From NCBI GenBank assembly GCA_016207905.1, contig JACQZC010000045.1, forward strand, positions 3,614 to 67,613: a stretch of DNA of 64,000 nt, in the 5' to 3' direction. The stretch is from Nitrospirota bacterium (GTDB taxonomy: Bacteria > Nitrospirota > Thermodesulfovibrionia > Thermodesulfovibrionales > JdFR-86). The position numbers and the translations under genes were made by a program. Below the pieces are notes generated by a model that saw only the letters and a list, made by a program, of their open reading frames with translations, searched no databases and was not told the DNA's origin. Positions 1 to 8,687 of the stretch are shown piece after piece (the first letter of the stretch is position 1; the number at the start of each line of letters is the position of its first letter).

Positions 1-831
1 TGCCAGAGATATGGCAGTCAAAAGCATGAGCAAAGGAGGCTCTCCTCTCAGAAGACCTATTCCAAAGACAATGGCGCATATGGCTAAAACCGAGATGGCA
101 AGTTTCTGTCCAAACACTGCAATCCTTTTCTGAAGAGGGGTTTTTACTTCTTCCTCCTCCTGAAGCATTCCTGCAATCCTGCCAAGCTCGGTATCCATTC
201 CCGTGGCAACAACAACACCTACACCCCTTCCATAAGTAATTGCAGTGCCTCTGAATGCCATATTTTTTCTGTCCCCAAGAGGTAAAAACTCATCGTGAAT
301 AGGCTTTGTGTGCTTCTCTACAGGCACTGACTCTCCTGTAAGAGTGGCCTCCTCTACCTTCATATGATGTACCTCGATAAGTCTTATATCAGCAGGCACG
401 ATTTTCCCTGAATCCAAAACCACGATGTCCCCTGGCACGACCTGAGAGGCAGGGATGCTTTGTGGCATTCCTTCCCTTAGCACAGTTGCATAATGCCCTG
501 CCATTTTTTTAAGTGCAGACATTGCCTTTTCAGCCCTGTACTCCTGAACAAACCCGATTACCGCATTGAGGACAACGATTACAACTATGGCTAAGGTGTC
601 TGCAAGCTCGCCAATCAGCCCGGATATGACTGCGGCTGCAATCAGAACTGCAATCATGAAGTCCTTGAACTGCTCGAGGAACATGCCTAATGGAGTTTTT
701 TTCTTTTTCTCCCTTAGCTCATTAGGGCCATATTCGCTGAGCCTTCTTCTGGCATCCTCTGAGGAAATGCCTGAAATGGAGGAGTTTAAACTCCGTAATA
801 TATCTTCTATGTCTTTCTGATACCAGTGCAT
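1..831 (-). CDS. P-type cation-transporting ATPase (type IIA Ca2+/Mg2+-like), N-terminal 277 codons; the gene continues beyond the window start
   Basis: Absent from the ORF track because it runs off the window. My minus-strand translation from the ATG at 831-829 reads MHWYQKDIEDILRSLNSSISGISSEDARRRLSEYGPNEL...LTGESVPVEK... This is a Cation_ATPase_N-type N-terminus with the TGES actuator motif, and the frame stays open to position 1. Confidence 0.85.
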   Translation of the reverse strand, partial: MHWYQKDIEDILRSLNSSISGISSEDARRRLSEYGPNELREKKKKTPLGMFLEQFKDFMIAVLIAAAVISGLIGELADTLAIVVIVVLNAVIGFVQEYRAEKAMSALKKMAGHYATVLREGMPQSIPASQVVPGDIVVLDSGKIVPADIRLIEVHHMKVEEATLTGESVPVEKHTKPIHDEFLPLGDRKNMAFRGTAITYGRGVGVVVATGMDTELGRIAGMLQEEEEVKTPLQKRIAVFGQKLAISVLAICAIVFGIGLLRGEPPLLMLLTAISLA

Positions 832-1084
832 TTTTAACCTGAATAAATAAGGCGTAAACGATATTATAAACTTTTATGAAAGGAAAAGTAATCACAGACT
901 TTTCAACCGAATTGATTTGAGGTATTATAGTTTATGGCGGGCAATAATCCATACCCGCCTCCTGAATTTCCTGCTTCTATGAGGGAGTGCCACCAAGAAG
1001 CTCATTTGATACATATTCCTTATGCCTTGAGGTTTGTGGTATATTCAAACCGGGTTTTCGTATAGTCATAATTCTGGAGAGAAA

Positions 1085-1447
1085 ATGGATAAGAGAATGT
1101 ATGTGTTAATTTTAAATTGGGATTTTTCTCAAAAGCCAAGGCAAATCTTTGAACAATTAAGAAAATATATCGCAGGCGAATCGTGGAAAAGATACGAAAA
1201 TAAAAAAGGGCTTATTCAAAAAATATGGTATTCAAATATTGAAACAGGACAATTCGGAGGTATTTATCTCTGGGAGACAAAGGAGGCAAGGGAAGAAGAA
1301 ATACGGACAATGTATCGGGTGAAAGCAATGACAGGGATTGATCCAACTATTCATCAATTTGACGTAGAGGCTATACAGGAAGGACTTCATTCAATAGAGA
1401 AGTTAACTTCTATGGGATTAGCTTGGATAGAAAATAGAAACACATAA
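1085..1447 (+). CDS. YdhR-like small alpha/beta-barrel protein (putative monooxygenase family)
   Basis: The ATG at 1085 is preceded by GGAGAG (1076-1081). The core ...GQFGGIYLWETKEAREEEI...IHQFDVEAI... matches my recollection of E. coli YdhR (GGIYLF...VFDV). The track's 1034 TTG start has no SD. Confidence 0.5.
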   Translation: MDKRMYVLILNWDFSQKPRQIFEQLRKYIAGESWKRYENKKGLIQKIWYSNIETGQFGGIYLWETKEAREEEIRTMYRVKAMTGIDPTIHQFDVEAIQEGLHSIEKLTSMGLAWIENRNT

Positions 1448-1621
1448 CAAATCGCTCAAGAGGGACGTGGCAAAAGCCGGCGCGCCCCTTAGCTGACAAA
1501 AAATTCAATCCATTTTCTTTCGCCCCTCCCTCTCAACCCTCCTGATTGCATATTCCACACGGTTCTAAGTTTTTGGACGGGCAAATGTAACCCTTAATCT
1601 TATCACCGGGTTTAGAATGCA

Positions 1622-1972
1622 TTACTTAATCCCATATTTTTGATGGGCAATACAATACTCTGACACTCCCGGCACAAAATCTTTAAGGTCAACGCTTTTT
1701 ACAGTTCCCCTACACGGCGTGCCTCTTTTTGTTGTTGCAGGACAACGATAATCGCCGTCAACATATTTTTCCATCATGTTTTTCCACCCTTTATATCGTT
1801 GCAAAGAAACCCTGTGCATTTTTGCTCCGAACATATCAGGGTCTTTCAGATATTCAAGCACCTGATCGGTAGTTAAATCAAAAAATCCATCCACCAAATG
1901 AACGGTAAACATAATGCCCTTTCCCGATAATTCTTCAAGAATTCCCTTTTTTACCGTAAATTCGTCCTTCAT
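1622..1972 (-). CDS. hypothetical Cys-rich protein (C-x10-C ... C-x2-H, possible zinc ribbon)
   Basis: A 116-aa ORF whose ATG overlaps the stop of an upstream 52-aa ORF (ATGA at 1972-1969). I recognise no family. Confidence 0.5.
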   Translation of the reverse strand: MKDEFTVKKGILEELSGKGIMFTVHLVDGFFDLTTDQVLEYLKDPDMFGAKMHRVSLQRYKGWKNMMEKYVDGDYRCPATTKRGTPCRGTVKSVDLKDFVPGVSEYCIAHQKYGIK

Positions 1973-2127
1973 TCCGGTTTTCCGTACCGGTCGGAGACGT
2001 CGAGCATCTCCCTATCAGAGACCTCGGGGAAAAACATAAGGCGTACCTTGAGCAGTTCTTCCTCCAATGCCTCTTTTAAGGACTCTTTGATTATTAACTT
2101 AAGCTCATTTTGACTCACCGTGGGCAT
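1969..2127 (-). CDS. small hypothetical protein (52 aa), possible antitoxin-like partner
   Basis: Hand translation gives MPTVSQNELKLIIKESLKEALEEELLKVRLMFFPEVSDREMLDVSDRYGKPE. AAGGAGG lies 7 nt upstream of the ATG at 2127. The TGA stop overlaps the ATG of the next gene. It is below the 60-aa ORF-track cutoff. Confidence 0.45.
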   Translation of the reverse strand: MPTVSQNELKLIIKESLKEALEEELLKVRLMFFPEVSDREMLDVSDRYGKPE

Positions 2128-2166
2128 ACCCAAACCTCCTTATGCTTATTAGTATGTGTTGGTATT

Positions 2167-2313
2167 TTAGCATGGCTCAATAAAAAATAAACCTTTCCCA
2201 TTTATGCCTTGAAGCATCTCTTCGCCCTCTATGAGTCTGTGAAGGGTCTGTCGCTCAGGAGAGTTTACACCCCTGAGGAAGTCAATCCATACGCTGGTAT
2301 CCACAAGTATCAT
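2167..2313 (-). pseudogene. vapC: truncated PIN-domain toxin (VapC N-terminal fragment, 48 codons)
   Basis: Hand translation gives MILVDTSVWIDFLRGVNSPERQTLHRLIEGEEM... then unrelated residues and a stop. MILVDTSVWIDFLRG is the canonical VapC/PIN N-terminus with the first catalytic Asp. Full-length VapC is about 130 aa, and no antitoxin ORF lies upstream. Confidence 0.5.
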
Positions 2314-2316
2314 ATC

Positions 2317-4275
2317 CTAATGCCACATTGCCTTTTCAGGAACATATTCAAAAACCTTTATTCTTTTCACTGAGTAGCTAAGCCCTGTTGCCTTGATTTC
2401 CCTTGAGGATTCATAAAGAAGCCTGAAATGCCTGAGCCCAATGCCACCCTTTAGAAAAAGCCTCGTAGAGATAAGCCTAAAGTATCTTTCCCCTAATCTC
2501 CATGAGCCAGTTTTTTCGTCAAGGTTTGCATAATCCCTATGTTTAATGCCCAGGATGCGTGCATATTTATTTAGGCTCGGAGCGAGGTTTGTGATTATCA
2601 CATAGCGGACTTTGTTTCTACTTAAAACCCTCTGTGCCGATTCCTCGTCCTCGGAGAGCATGAATTCCACGGAGTCCAGAAGTCCATGGGTCTCGGCTCC
2701 AAAATTCGTTGCAACCGCAGGCCTTTTAGCTATGTTTTCAATCCAACTGCCTATACTCCATTCGGCAAGAACTCCGTATTCTGGCATTCGGTGTGGCTCG
2801 TAGTAGTAACTGGTTTCAGGCGTGTTTTTGCGTAGCCAGTCCATCACCTCTACAAACTCCTTCTGTATCTCCATAACCCTGAGAGGTCCCTTAGAATAAC
2901 TAAAAGACCTTACGAGGAGAATAGAAACAACAATGAAAAATAAACCCATGAAGACATTTCTCAGAGCCCTTTTCTGCCCGCAGAGTATAGTCCTTTCCAT
3001 TATCATGCCCGAAAGAAAAGCCACATTCACCGCAAGTAGGTTTTCGAATCTCAGATGAGACAGAGTCGAAAGGAAAAACACAAAGCTTGAGGTCATAAGA
3101 AATGCCATTTGAGGACGTTTCTCTCCTACTGTCAATAGCCTTCTTAGAAACCATATAATGCCCAATGGAACTGCCCAAAAAAACAGCGATAGATCCAGAG
3201 TAGGTATAATAAAGTTAAACCTTCCGTTAGGGAAAAGTATGGACTGATACTCTATGTTGTCCTCAAGCCAGATGTCGCCATGTGCCATCATTGCCCCTGA
3301 CCTCAGTATCTCCGTAGAAAAGGCAGGAACTAAAACAGCCACAAGTGCAACTGGAATCAGAAACATAATGGACTCATAAATAAGGACTCTTTTTGAAAAT
3401 CCAATTTTTCTCACACTGTAAGCAGAAAGAAAACCTGCACTTATGGTCAGGGATAAGATGGCATGAAAGTATGAGACCTCTCTGAAGCTTACATAACTAC
3501 GAACTGCGAGAATGCCTCCCAAAGCCATCCCTAAAAAAACAATGCCCTTTATGCCAAATACAATTCCTCCCAGTCTGAGTGTCCTGCCATCTTTTGGGTC
3601 AACTACATGAAGCACTATAAGCATCATAAGCCCTATAACCCAGAACTGTGTTGCCCCCCGCCAGAGGAGAATGGACATAACCCCTGCACATCCTGCTAAA
3701 AAGGCATATAAAGGAGCTCTCCAATCCTTTACCCTAAACATCCTGATAAGAAGATAAAAATAGATTGCACCAATCAGAGGCTCGATAACATTGTTATCAG
3801 GCTGTCCAACCGTAGAATAGCAGAGATAGCCCGGCATTATGCCAAAAAACAAGGCACTAAAAATCGCTGCCCTTTTGTCCATAAACTCCCTTGCAAGTAT
3901 GTATACCATAGCTATAGAAAGCATACCTATAATTGCAGGAAGGAAAACACCTACAAGCTCTACTGTCCTGGTGGATGGGCTTCCAAAGCCCACTAATTTT
4001 GCGATGAAGGCTATCATGAAGTCATAAAGTGGCGAAAGCAAATTAGGGCTTCCAACAGGATAACCTTGATAGTAATTGTGTAAAGGGATTTTCGGAAAAT
4101 CATTCAGTATCAGGAAAACCCTTCTCATGTGGTCATAAGAGTCAGGACCATAAAAATAGACCCTATCAGGTGTTATGAACTCCCTGTAAGGTAGTAGACG
4201 AAGAACAAGTGGAACTGAAAAGACTATGAAATAGACAATATGCCTTGCTTTAAACCGCATCCCTTTTAATACCAC
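2317..4275 (-). CDS. polytopic GT-C membrane glycosyltransferase, STT3/AglB-like (oligosaccharyltransferase family) with a degenerate WWDYG motif
   Basis: 652 aa with more than 10 predicted TM helices followed by a soluble C-terminal domain. The N-terminal loop YFYGPDSYDHMRR resembles the AglB/STT3 first external loop. EWSIGSWIE occupies the WWDYGxWI position. A more likely start is the ATG at 4260 (MRFKARH...). Confidence 0.6.
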   Translation of the reverse strand: MVLKGMRFKARHIVYFIVFSVPLVLRLLPYREFITPDRVYFYGPDSYDHMRRVFLILNDFPKIPLHNYYQGYPVGSPNLLSPLYDFMIAFIAKLVGFGSPSTRTVELVGVFLPAIIGMLSIAMVYILAREFMDKRAAIFSALFFGIMPGYLCYSTVGQPDNNVIEPLIGAIYFYLLIRMFRVKDWRAPLYAFLAGCAGVMSILLWRGATQFWVIGLMMLIVLHVVDPKDGRTLRLGGIVFGIKGIVFLGMALGGILAVRSYVSFREVSYFHAILSLTISAGFLSAYSVRKIGFSKRVLIYESIMFLIPVALVAVLVPAFSTEILRSGAMMAHGDIWLEDNIEYQSILFPNGRFNFIIPTLDLSLFFWAVPLGIIWFLRRLLTVGEKRPQMAFLMTSSFVFFLSTLSHLRFENLLAVNVAFLSGMIMERTILCGQKRALRNVFMGLFFIVVSILLVRSFSYSKGPLRVMEIQKEFVEVMDWLRKNTPETSYYYEPHRMPEYGVLAEWSIGSWIENIAKRPAVATNFGAETHGLLDSVEFMLSEDEESAQRVLSRNKVRYVIITNLAPSLNKYARILGIKHRDYANLDEKTGSWRLGERYFRLISTRLFLKGGIGLRHFRLLYESSREIKATGLSYSVKRIKVFEYVPEKAMWH

Positions 4276-5891
4276 ATTGCCCTGTCAGGCACATGCCAGT
4301 GGATAAAGTCATACCATATGCCAATCGGAGCCTTTTCAACCCCTTTGAATCTTTTATGAAGCACAGGAAGGCTATCAGGGACAAAAAGGAATGTGTAGGG
4401 CTGTTCATCGGACAAAAGCTCATGAATTCTCCAGTAGATCCTTTTCCTTTTCTCTATGTCAAATGTCTGTCTGCCCTTAATAAGAAGCCTATCGAGCTCT
4501 TCGTTTTTATATGAGATAAAATTAAACTCCCCTTCCTTTGTCTTTGATGAATGCCATATGTCATAGAGGTCAGGGTCCCTCGAGAGTGCCCAGCCAAGGA
4601 TTATAGCCTCAAATCTTTTTTTATCTATGAACTCATGAAGAAGTGCCTGCCACTCTAAGACTTTTATATTCATTTCAATGCCAACTGCCTTGAGGTTTTC
4701 CTTGATTATCTGGGCAGTCTTAAGCCTCACATCGTTTCCCTGATTTATAAGCACCGTGAATACAAATGGCTTTCCGTTTTTTTTGAGGACTCCATTATCT
4801 ACCATTTGCCAGCCTGCCTCTTTAAGAAGTTTTTTTGCCTTATCGGGGTTATATTCAGGGTCTTTAACATTTGGGTTATATGCCCACGACTCAGAAGGAA
4901 ATGGCCCTGTAGAGACTGTCCCAAAACCAAGGAGAACACCCTTAATAATGTCTTTTTTCTTTATTGCATGTGTTATTGCCCTTCTTACCCTTTTGTCAGA
5001 GAATCGCTCATCGAGAAGGTTATATCCAAGATATGTGTATCCGAATGAAGGGTAGAGGAACTTCTGGAAATACCTTTTGAAAAGCACAGTATCAGCCTGT
5101 AGTTTATATTGAGGCGGCGTAAGAGCCATGAAATCTATTCCTCCAAACTTAAGCTCAAGGAACATCGTTGCCGTGTCAGGTATAACACGGGCAATGTATT
5201 TATCTATCTTTGGCTTTCCCTCGAAATACTCATCAAATGAAGATAGCACAATCTTCTGACCAGTAACCCATTCCTTAAGCCTGTAAGGTCCTGTGCCTAT
5301 GGGGTTTCTACTGAACTCCTCTGAAGTTATGTCTTTGCCCTCGAGGATGTGCTTTGGGATAATCCCCATTCCCCATGATTCTAAAGCAGGTGCATAGGGC
5401 TCCTCGTATATAACCTTAATGGTATATCTGTCAGACGCAGAGACGCTCTTAACGGGCCCATAGATACTGCTATAAGGGGTTGGCACCTCTGGGTTTATGA
5501 CTGTGTTATATGTAAATAACACATCATCCGAGCTGAATTCAACCCCATCATGCCATTTAACTCCTTTTCTGAGGTGGAATATTATCTCAAGTCCTCCATC
5601 TTTGATTTCCCATGACTCTGCAAGGTCTCCTACGACCAATATGTCCTTGTCGTATTTTGTAAGACCATTAAAGAGAAGACCGCTTATATCGCCTGAGGCT
5701 GAATCGGATGCGAGAGGTGGAAGAAGGTTTTTTGCATCCGCAAGAAAGCCTATTGTGATAGAATTTGGAGCTTTGATTTCAGGCTCTCTGCTACAGCCTA
5801 TTGAAATGATGAGTGTAGCAAGCACAAAGACCCTTATGACATTCATGGAGTAATTATAACAGACTTTTTTCATGTCAGTTTCACCCATCAC
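4266..5891 (-). CDS. ABC transporter substrate-binding lipoprotein, family 5 (peptide/nickel, OppA/DppA-like)
   Basis: 541 aa with typical SBP_bac_5 sequence throughout and the signal/lipobox-like segment VLATLIISIGCS. The probable start is the ATG at 5873 (MKKVCY...). No cognate permease or ATPase genes are adjacent. Confidence 0.85.
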   Translation of the reverse strand: MMGETDMKKVCYNYSMNVIRVFVLATLIISIGCSREPEIKAPNSITIGFLADAKNLLPPLASDSASGDISGLLFNGLTKYDKDILVVGDLAESWEIKDGGLEIIFHLRKGVKWHDGVEFSSDDVLFTYNTVINPEVPTPYSSIYGPVKSVSASDRYTIKVIYEEPYAPALESWGMGIIPKHILEGKDITSEEFSRNPIGTGPYRLKEWVTGQKIVLSSFDEYFEGKPKIDKYIARVIPDTATMFLELKFGGIDFMALTPPQYKLQADTVLFKRYFQKFLYPSFGYTYLGYNLLDERFSDKRVRRAITHAIKKKDIIKGVLLGFGTVSTGPFPSESWAYNPNVKDPEYNPDKAKKLLKEAGWQMVDNGVLKKNGKPFVFTVLINQGNDVRLKTAQIIKENLKAVGIEMNIKVLEWQALLHEFIDKKRFEAIILGWALSRDPDLYDIWHSSKTKEGEFNFISYKNEELDRLLIKGRQTFDIEKRKRIYWRIHELLSDEQPYTFLFVPDSLPVLHKRFKGVEKAPIGIWYDFIHWHVPDRAMWY

Positions 5892-5936
5892 CGTGAAATT
5901 GGAGAATTGTCAATGCAGTTTGTTAAAATCTAAGGC

Positions 5937-6839
5937 ATGTTTCTACAGCAGGTAATAAACGGTCTGACATTAGGCGGGGTTTACGCCCTTATAGCTCTGG
6001 GCTATACGATGGTGTATGGCATACTTCAGCTTATTAATTTTGCCCATGGAGAAATCTACATGCTTGCCGCATATCTTGGCATCATTGTATTTGGTTTCTT
6101 TACATCAGCAGGGTTAACGGCTGTGAGTCTGCCTCTGAGCCTTATCCTTACATTTCTCATTGCCATAATACTGAGCTCGGCATACGGATTCACCGTAGAA
6201 AGGGTTGCATACAGACCATTAAGGGGCGCAGGAAGGCTGAGCCCTCTCATATCAGCCATAGGAGTCTCTATATTCCTTCAGAACTATGTGATGCTCACAC
6301 AGGGTGCAACTGATAGGGTATTTCCTCAGGTCTTCTGGGCAGAGGGTTTTCAAATCCTCAAGGCAAGAATAACTTATCTTCAGACATCGATAATAATAGT
6401 ATCCTGCATTATCATGATTACCCTTATGTGGTTTATACAGAGGACAAAAACTGGAAAGGCAATGAGGGCAGTTGCAGAAGACAGGACAATGGCATCTTTA
6501 GTGGGAATAAATGTTAATGCAGTAATAGCCATAACATTCATCATCGGCTCAGGACTTGCAGGAGTGGCAGGCGTGATGATTGCAATGTATTATGGACTGG
6601 TGAATTATTACATAGGTTATGTGGCAGGCATAAAGGCATTTACAGCCGCAGTCTTAGGCGGCATAGGCTCTATTCAAGGTGCAATGGCAGGAGGCATACT
6701 GCTTGGAATAGTGGAAAGCATGGGTGCTGCCTACATATCATCCGAATACAAAGATGCCTATGCCTTTATAATGCTCATAATCGTTCTCCTTATAAAACCT
6801 TCGGGGCTATTCGGAAAAACCGAAAGGGAAAAGGTATGA
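5937..6839 (+). CDS. livH: branched-chain amino acid ABC transporter permease
   Basis: A 300-aa polytopic protein with typical LivH sequence (MFLQQVINGLTLGGVYALIALGYTMVYG...). It is first in a four-gene overlapping operon. Confidence 0.9.
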   Translation: MFLQQVINGLTLGGVYALIALGYTMVYGILQLINFAHGEIYMLAAYLGIIVFGFFTSAGLTAVSLPLSLILTFLIAIILSSAYGFTVERVAYRPLRGAGRLSPLISAIGVSIFLQNYVMLTQGATDRVFPQVFWAEGFQILKARITYLQTSIIIVSCIIMITLMWFIQRTKTGKAMRAVAEDRTMASLVGINVNAVIAITFIIGSGLAGVAGVMIAMYYGLVNYYIGYVAGIKAFTAAVLGGIGSIQGAMAGGILLGIVESMGAAYISSEYKDAYAFIMLIIVLLIKPSGLFGKTEREKV

Positions 6840-7933
6840 GAGCGTCAACCCATTTATCGATACTTATTATTGCACTCTGGGCATCTGTCCTTTTCCTTCC
6901 ATTTAAAGGGCTTAAGGCATCTCTCATACTCTTTGTATCCGTCCTTATTGCAGGTCTCCTCTTGAAACCACTCAGAGAAGGCTTAAAAGGGCTTAAGTGG
7001 AAGATAAAACTGCCACCTATTCCCGTAAAATTTCTTATACCATTCATCATCGCAGGAGCTCTCGTCATCCCTCTTATATTCAGCGACTATGTGATAGATG
7101 TGGCAATACTTGCAGGGATATACATAATCCTTGCGCTTGGGCTTAATGTCGTTGTAGGCTTTGCAGGGCTTTTGAACTTGGGCTTTGCCGCATTTTATGC
7201 AATAGGAGCATACTCTTTTGCCCTAATAGGTGTGAAGTGGGGTATTGGTTTCTGGTCAGCCCTGCCTTTGTCATTGGCATTGACAACTGCATCTGGCTTT
7301 ATTATGGGTGCGCCTGGACTTAGGCTAAGGGGTGATTACCTTGCCATAGTTACATTAGGCTTTGGAGAGATAACAAGGCTTGTTCTTAATAACTGGGATT
7401 CTTTTACAAATGGGCCAAATGGCATAGCAGGAATTCAAAGGCCTTATCTTATGGACATTCCCCTGACAGGGCTTGCGGGATATTATTATGTTGTCCTCAT
7501 ATCTGTTTTGTTTAGTGTTTTCATTATAAAAAGAGTTCATTCAAGTAGAATCGGCAGGGCATGGATTGCTATAAGAGAGGATGAAATAGCGGCAGGCTCT
7601 ATGGGGATAAACACGACTGCCTATAAGCTTTATGCATTTGCCTTTGGAGCTTTCTGGGCAGGGCTTGCTGGAGCTCTGTTTTCGGCAAAGATGCAGTTCA
7701 TCTCACCTGAAAGCTTTACATTTATGGAATCCGTATTCATACTCTGCATGGTCATATTAGGTGGGATGGGAAGCATTCCCGGTGTGATGCTCGGTGCAGT
7801 CATACTTGTCGTACTGCCGGAGCTTTTAAGGGAGATTCAAATCTACAGGATGCTTGCCCTCGGTGGAGGACTTGTGCTTTTAATGCTCTTCAGACCGCAG
7901 GGGATTCTTGGAGGCAAAGGTGTATCCACTTGA
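6836..7933 (+). CDS. livM: branched-chain amino acid ABC transporter permease
   Basis: A 365-aa LivM-type permease (GLNVVVGFAGLLNLGFAAFYAIGAY). It overlaps the livH stop by 4 nt. Confidence 0.9.
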   Translation: MRASTHLSILIIALWASVLFLPFKGLKASLILFVSVLIAGLLLKPLREGLKGLKWKIKLPPIPVKFLIPFIIAGALVIPLIFSDYVIDVAILAGIYIILALGLNVVVGFAGLLNLGFAAFYAIGAYSFALIGVKWGIGFWSALPLSLALTTASGFIMGAPGLRLRGDYLAIVTLGFGEITRLVLNNWDSFTNGPNGIAGIQRPYLMDIPLTGLAGYYYVVLISVLFSVFIIKRVHSSRIGRAWIAIREDEIAAGSMGINTTAYKLYAFAFGAFWAGLAGALFSAKMQFISPESFTFMESVFILCMVILGGMGSIPGVMLGAVILVVLPELLREIQIYRMLALGGGLVLLMLFRPQGILGGKGVST

Positions 7934-8687
7934 GCTAAGAGGACTGACTAAAAACTTTGGAGGCCTAAAAGCCCTCGAGGATGTTAGCTTTAAGGTCAGA
8001 GGCAATTCTATATTAAGCATCATAGGGCCAAATGGTGCAGGAAAGACAACCCTGTTTAACTGCCTCACAGGTCTCATTAAGCCAACCCGTGGAAATATAT
8101 TCTTTAAAGGCATTGACATCACAGGCAAGCCTTCTCACAGAATCTTGAGCCTTGGCATTGCAAGGACATTCCAGAACATAAGGCTTTTCAAAGAGATGAC
8201 TGTTATCGAAAATGTCATGGTCTCTGAGCATGCAAGAACAAAACAGGGCATTTTGGGCTCTATCATAAGGGACAGGACATTCAGAGGAGAAGAAAAAGCC
8301 ATAAGGGAAAAGGCACTTGAGTATCTTGAACTGGTTGGCATAGAGGCTATGAAAGATGTCCCTGCTAAAAGCCTTCCTTATGGAGACCAGAGAAGATTGG
8401 AGGTTGCAAGGGCACTTGCCTCTGAGCCTGAAATTCTGCTTTTAGATGAGCCAACCGCAGGAATGAACCCTCAAGAGACAGAGGAAATGATGACCCTTAT
8501 AAGAAAGCTGAAGGAACTCGGGCATACCATTGTCTTCATAGAGCATGACATGAGGGTTGTTATGGGAATATCCGAAACTATCGTTGTGCTTGACCATGGC
8601 TCACGGATTGCAGAAGGCACTCCTTCTCTTGTAAGAGAAGACCCTCTTGTGATAGAGGCATACTTAGGAAAAGAAGTTCATGCTTAG
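7908..8687 (+). CDS. livG: branched-chain amino acid ABC transporter ATP-binding protein
   Basis: Walker A GPNGAGKTT, signature YGDQRRLE, Walker B LLLDEP, and a LivG-type C-terminus. Confidence 0.9.
   Translation: MEAKVYPLELRGLTKNFGGLKALEDVSFKVRGNSILSIIGPNGAGKTTLFNCLTGLIKPTRGNIFFKGIDITGKPSHRILSLGIARTFQNIRLFKEMTVIENVMVSEHARTKQGILGSIIRDRTFRGEEKAIREKALEYLELVGIEAMKDVPAKSLPYGDQRRLEVARALASEPEILLLDEPTAGMNPQETEEMMTLIRKLKELGHTIVFIEHDMRVVMGISETIVVLDHGSRIAEGTPSLVREDPLVIEAYLGKEVHA

Noticed and set aside
566-820. 84-aa + strand ORF
   Set aside because: It lies entirely antisense to the P-type ATPase coding sequence, which I could translate convincingly. Its own sequence is low-complexity with no SD, so it is a shadow ORF.
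934-1065. 43-codon + strand ORF and a GGCGGG...CCCGCC hairpin between the ATPase and the YdhR-like gene
   Set aside because: It has no SD and no recognisable sequence. The hairpin has a 12-nt loop and no U-tract. It is most likely promoter-region sequence.
1034-1084. Upstream TTG start for the YdhR-like ORF
   Set aside because: It has no SD, whereas the ATG at 1085 has GGAGAG at proper spacing and the family is about 100-120 aa.
1447-1621. GC-rich patch (GGCAAAAGCCGGCGCGCCCC) after the YdhR-like gene as a terminator or repeat element
   Set aside because: I could draw no stable stem followed by a U-run, and no second copy exists in the window.
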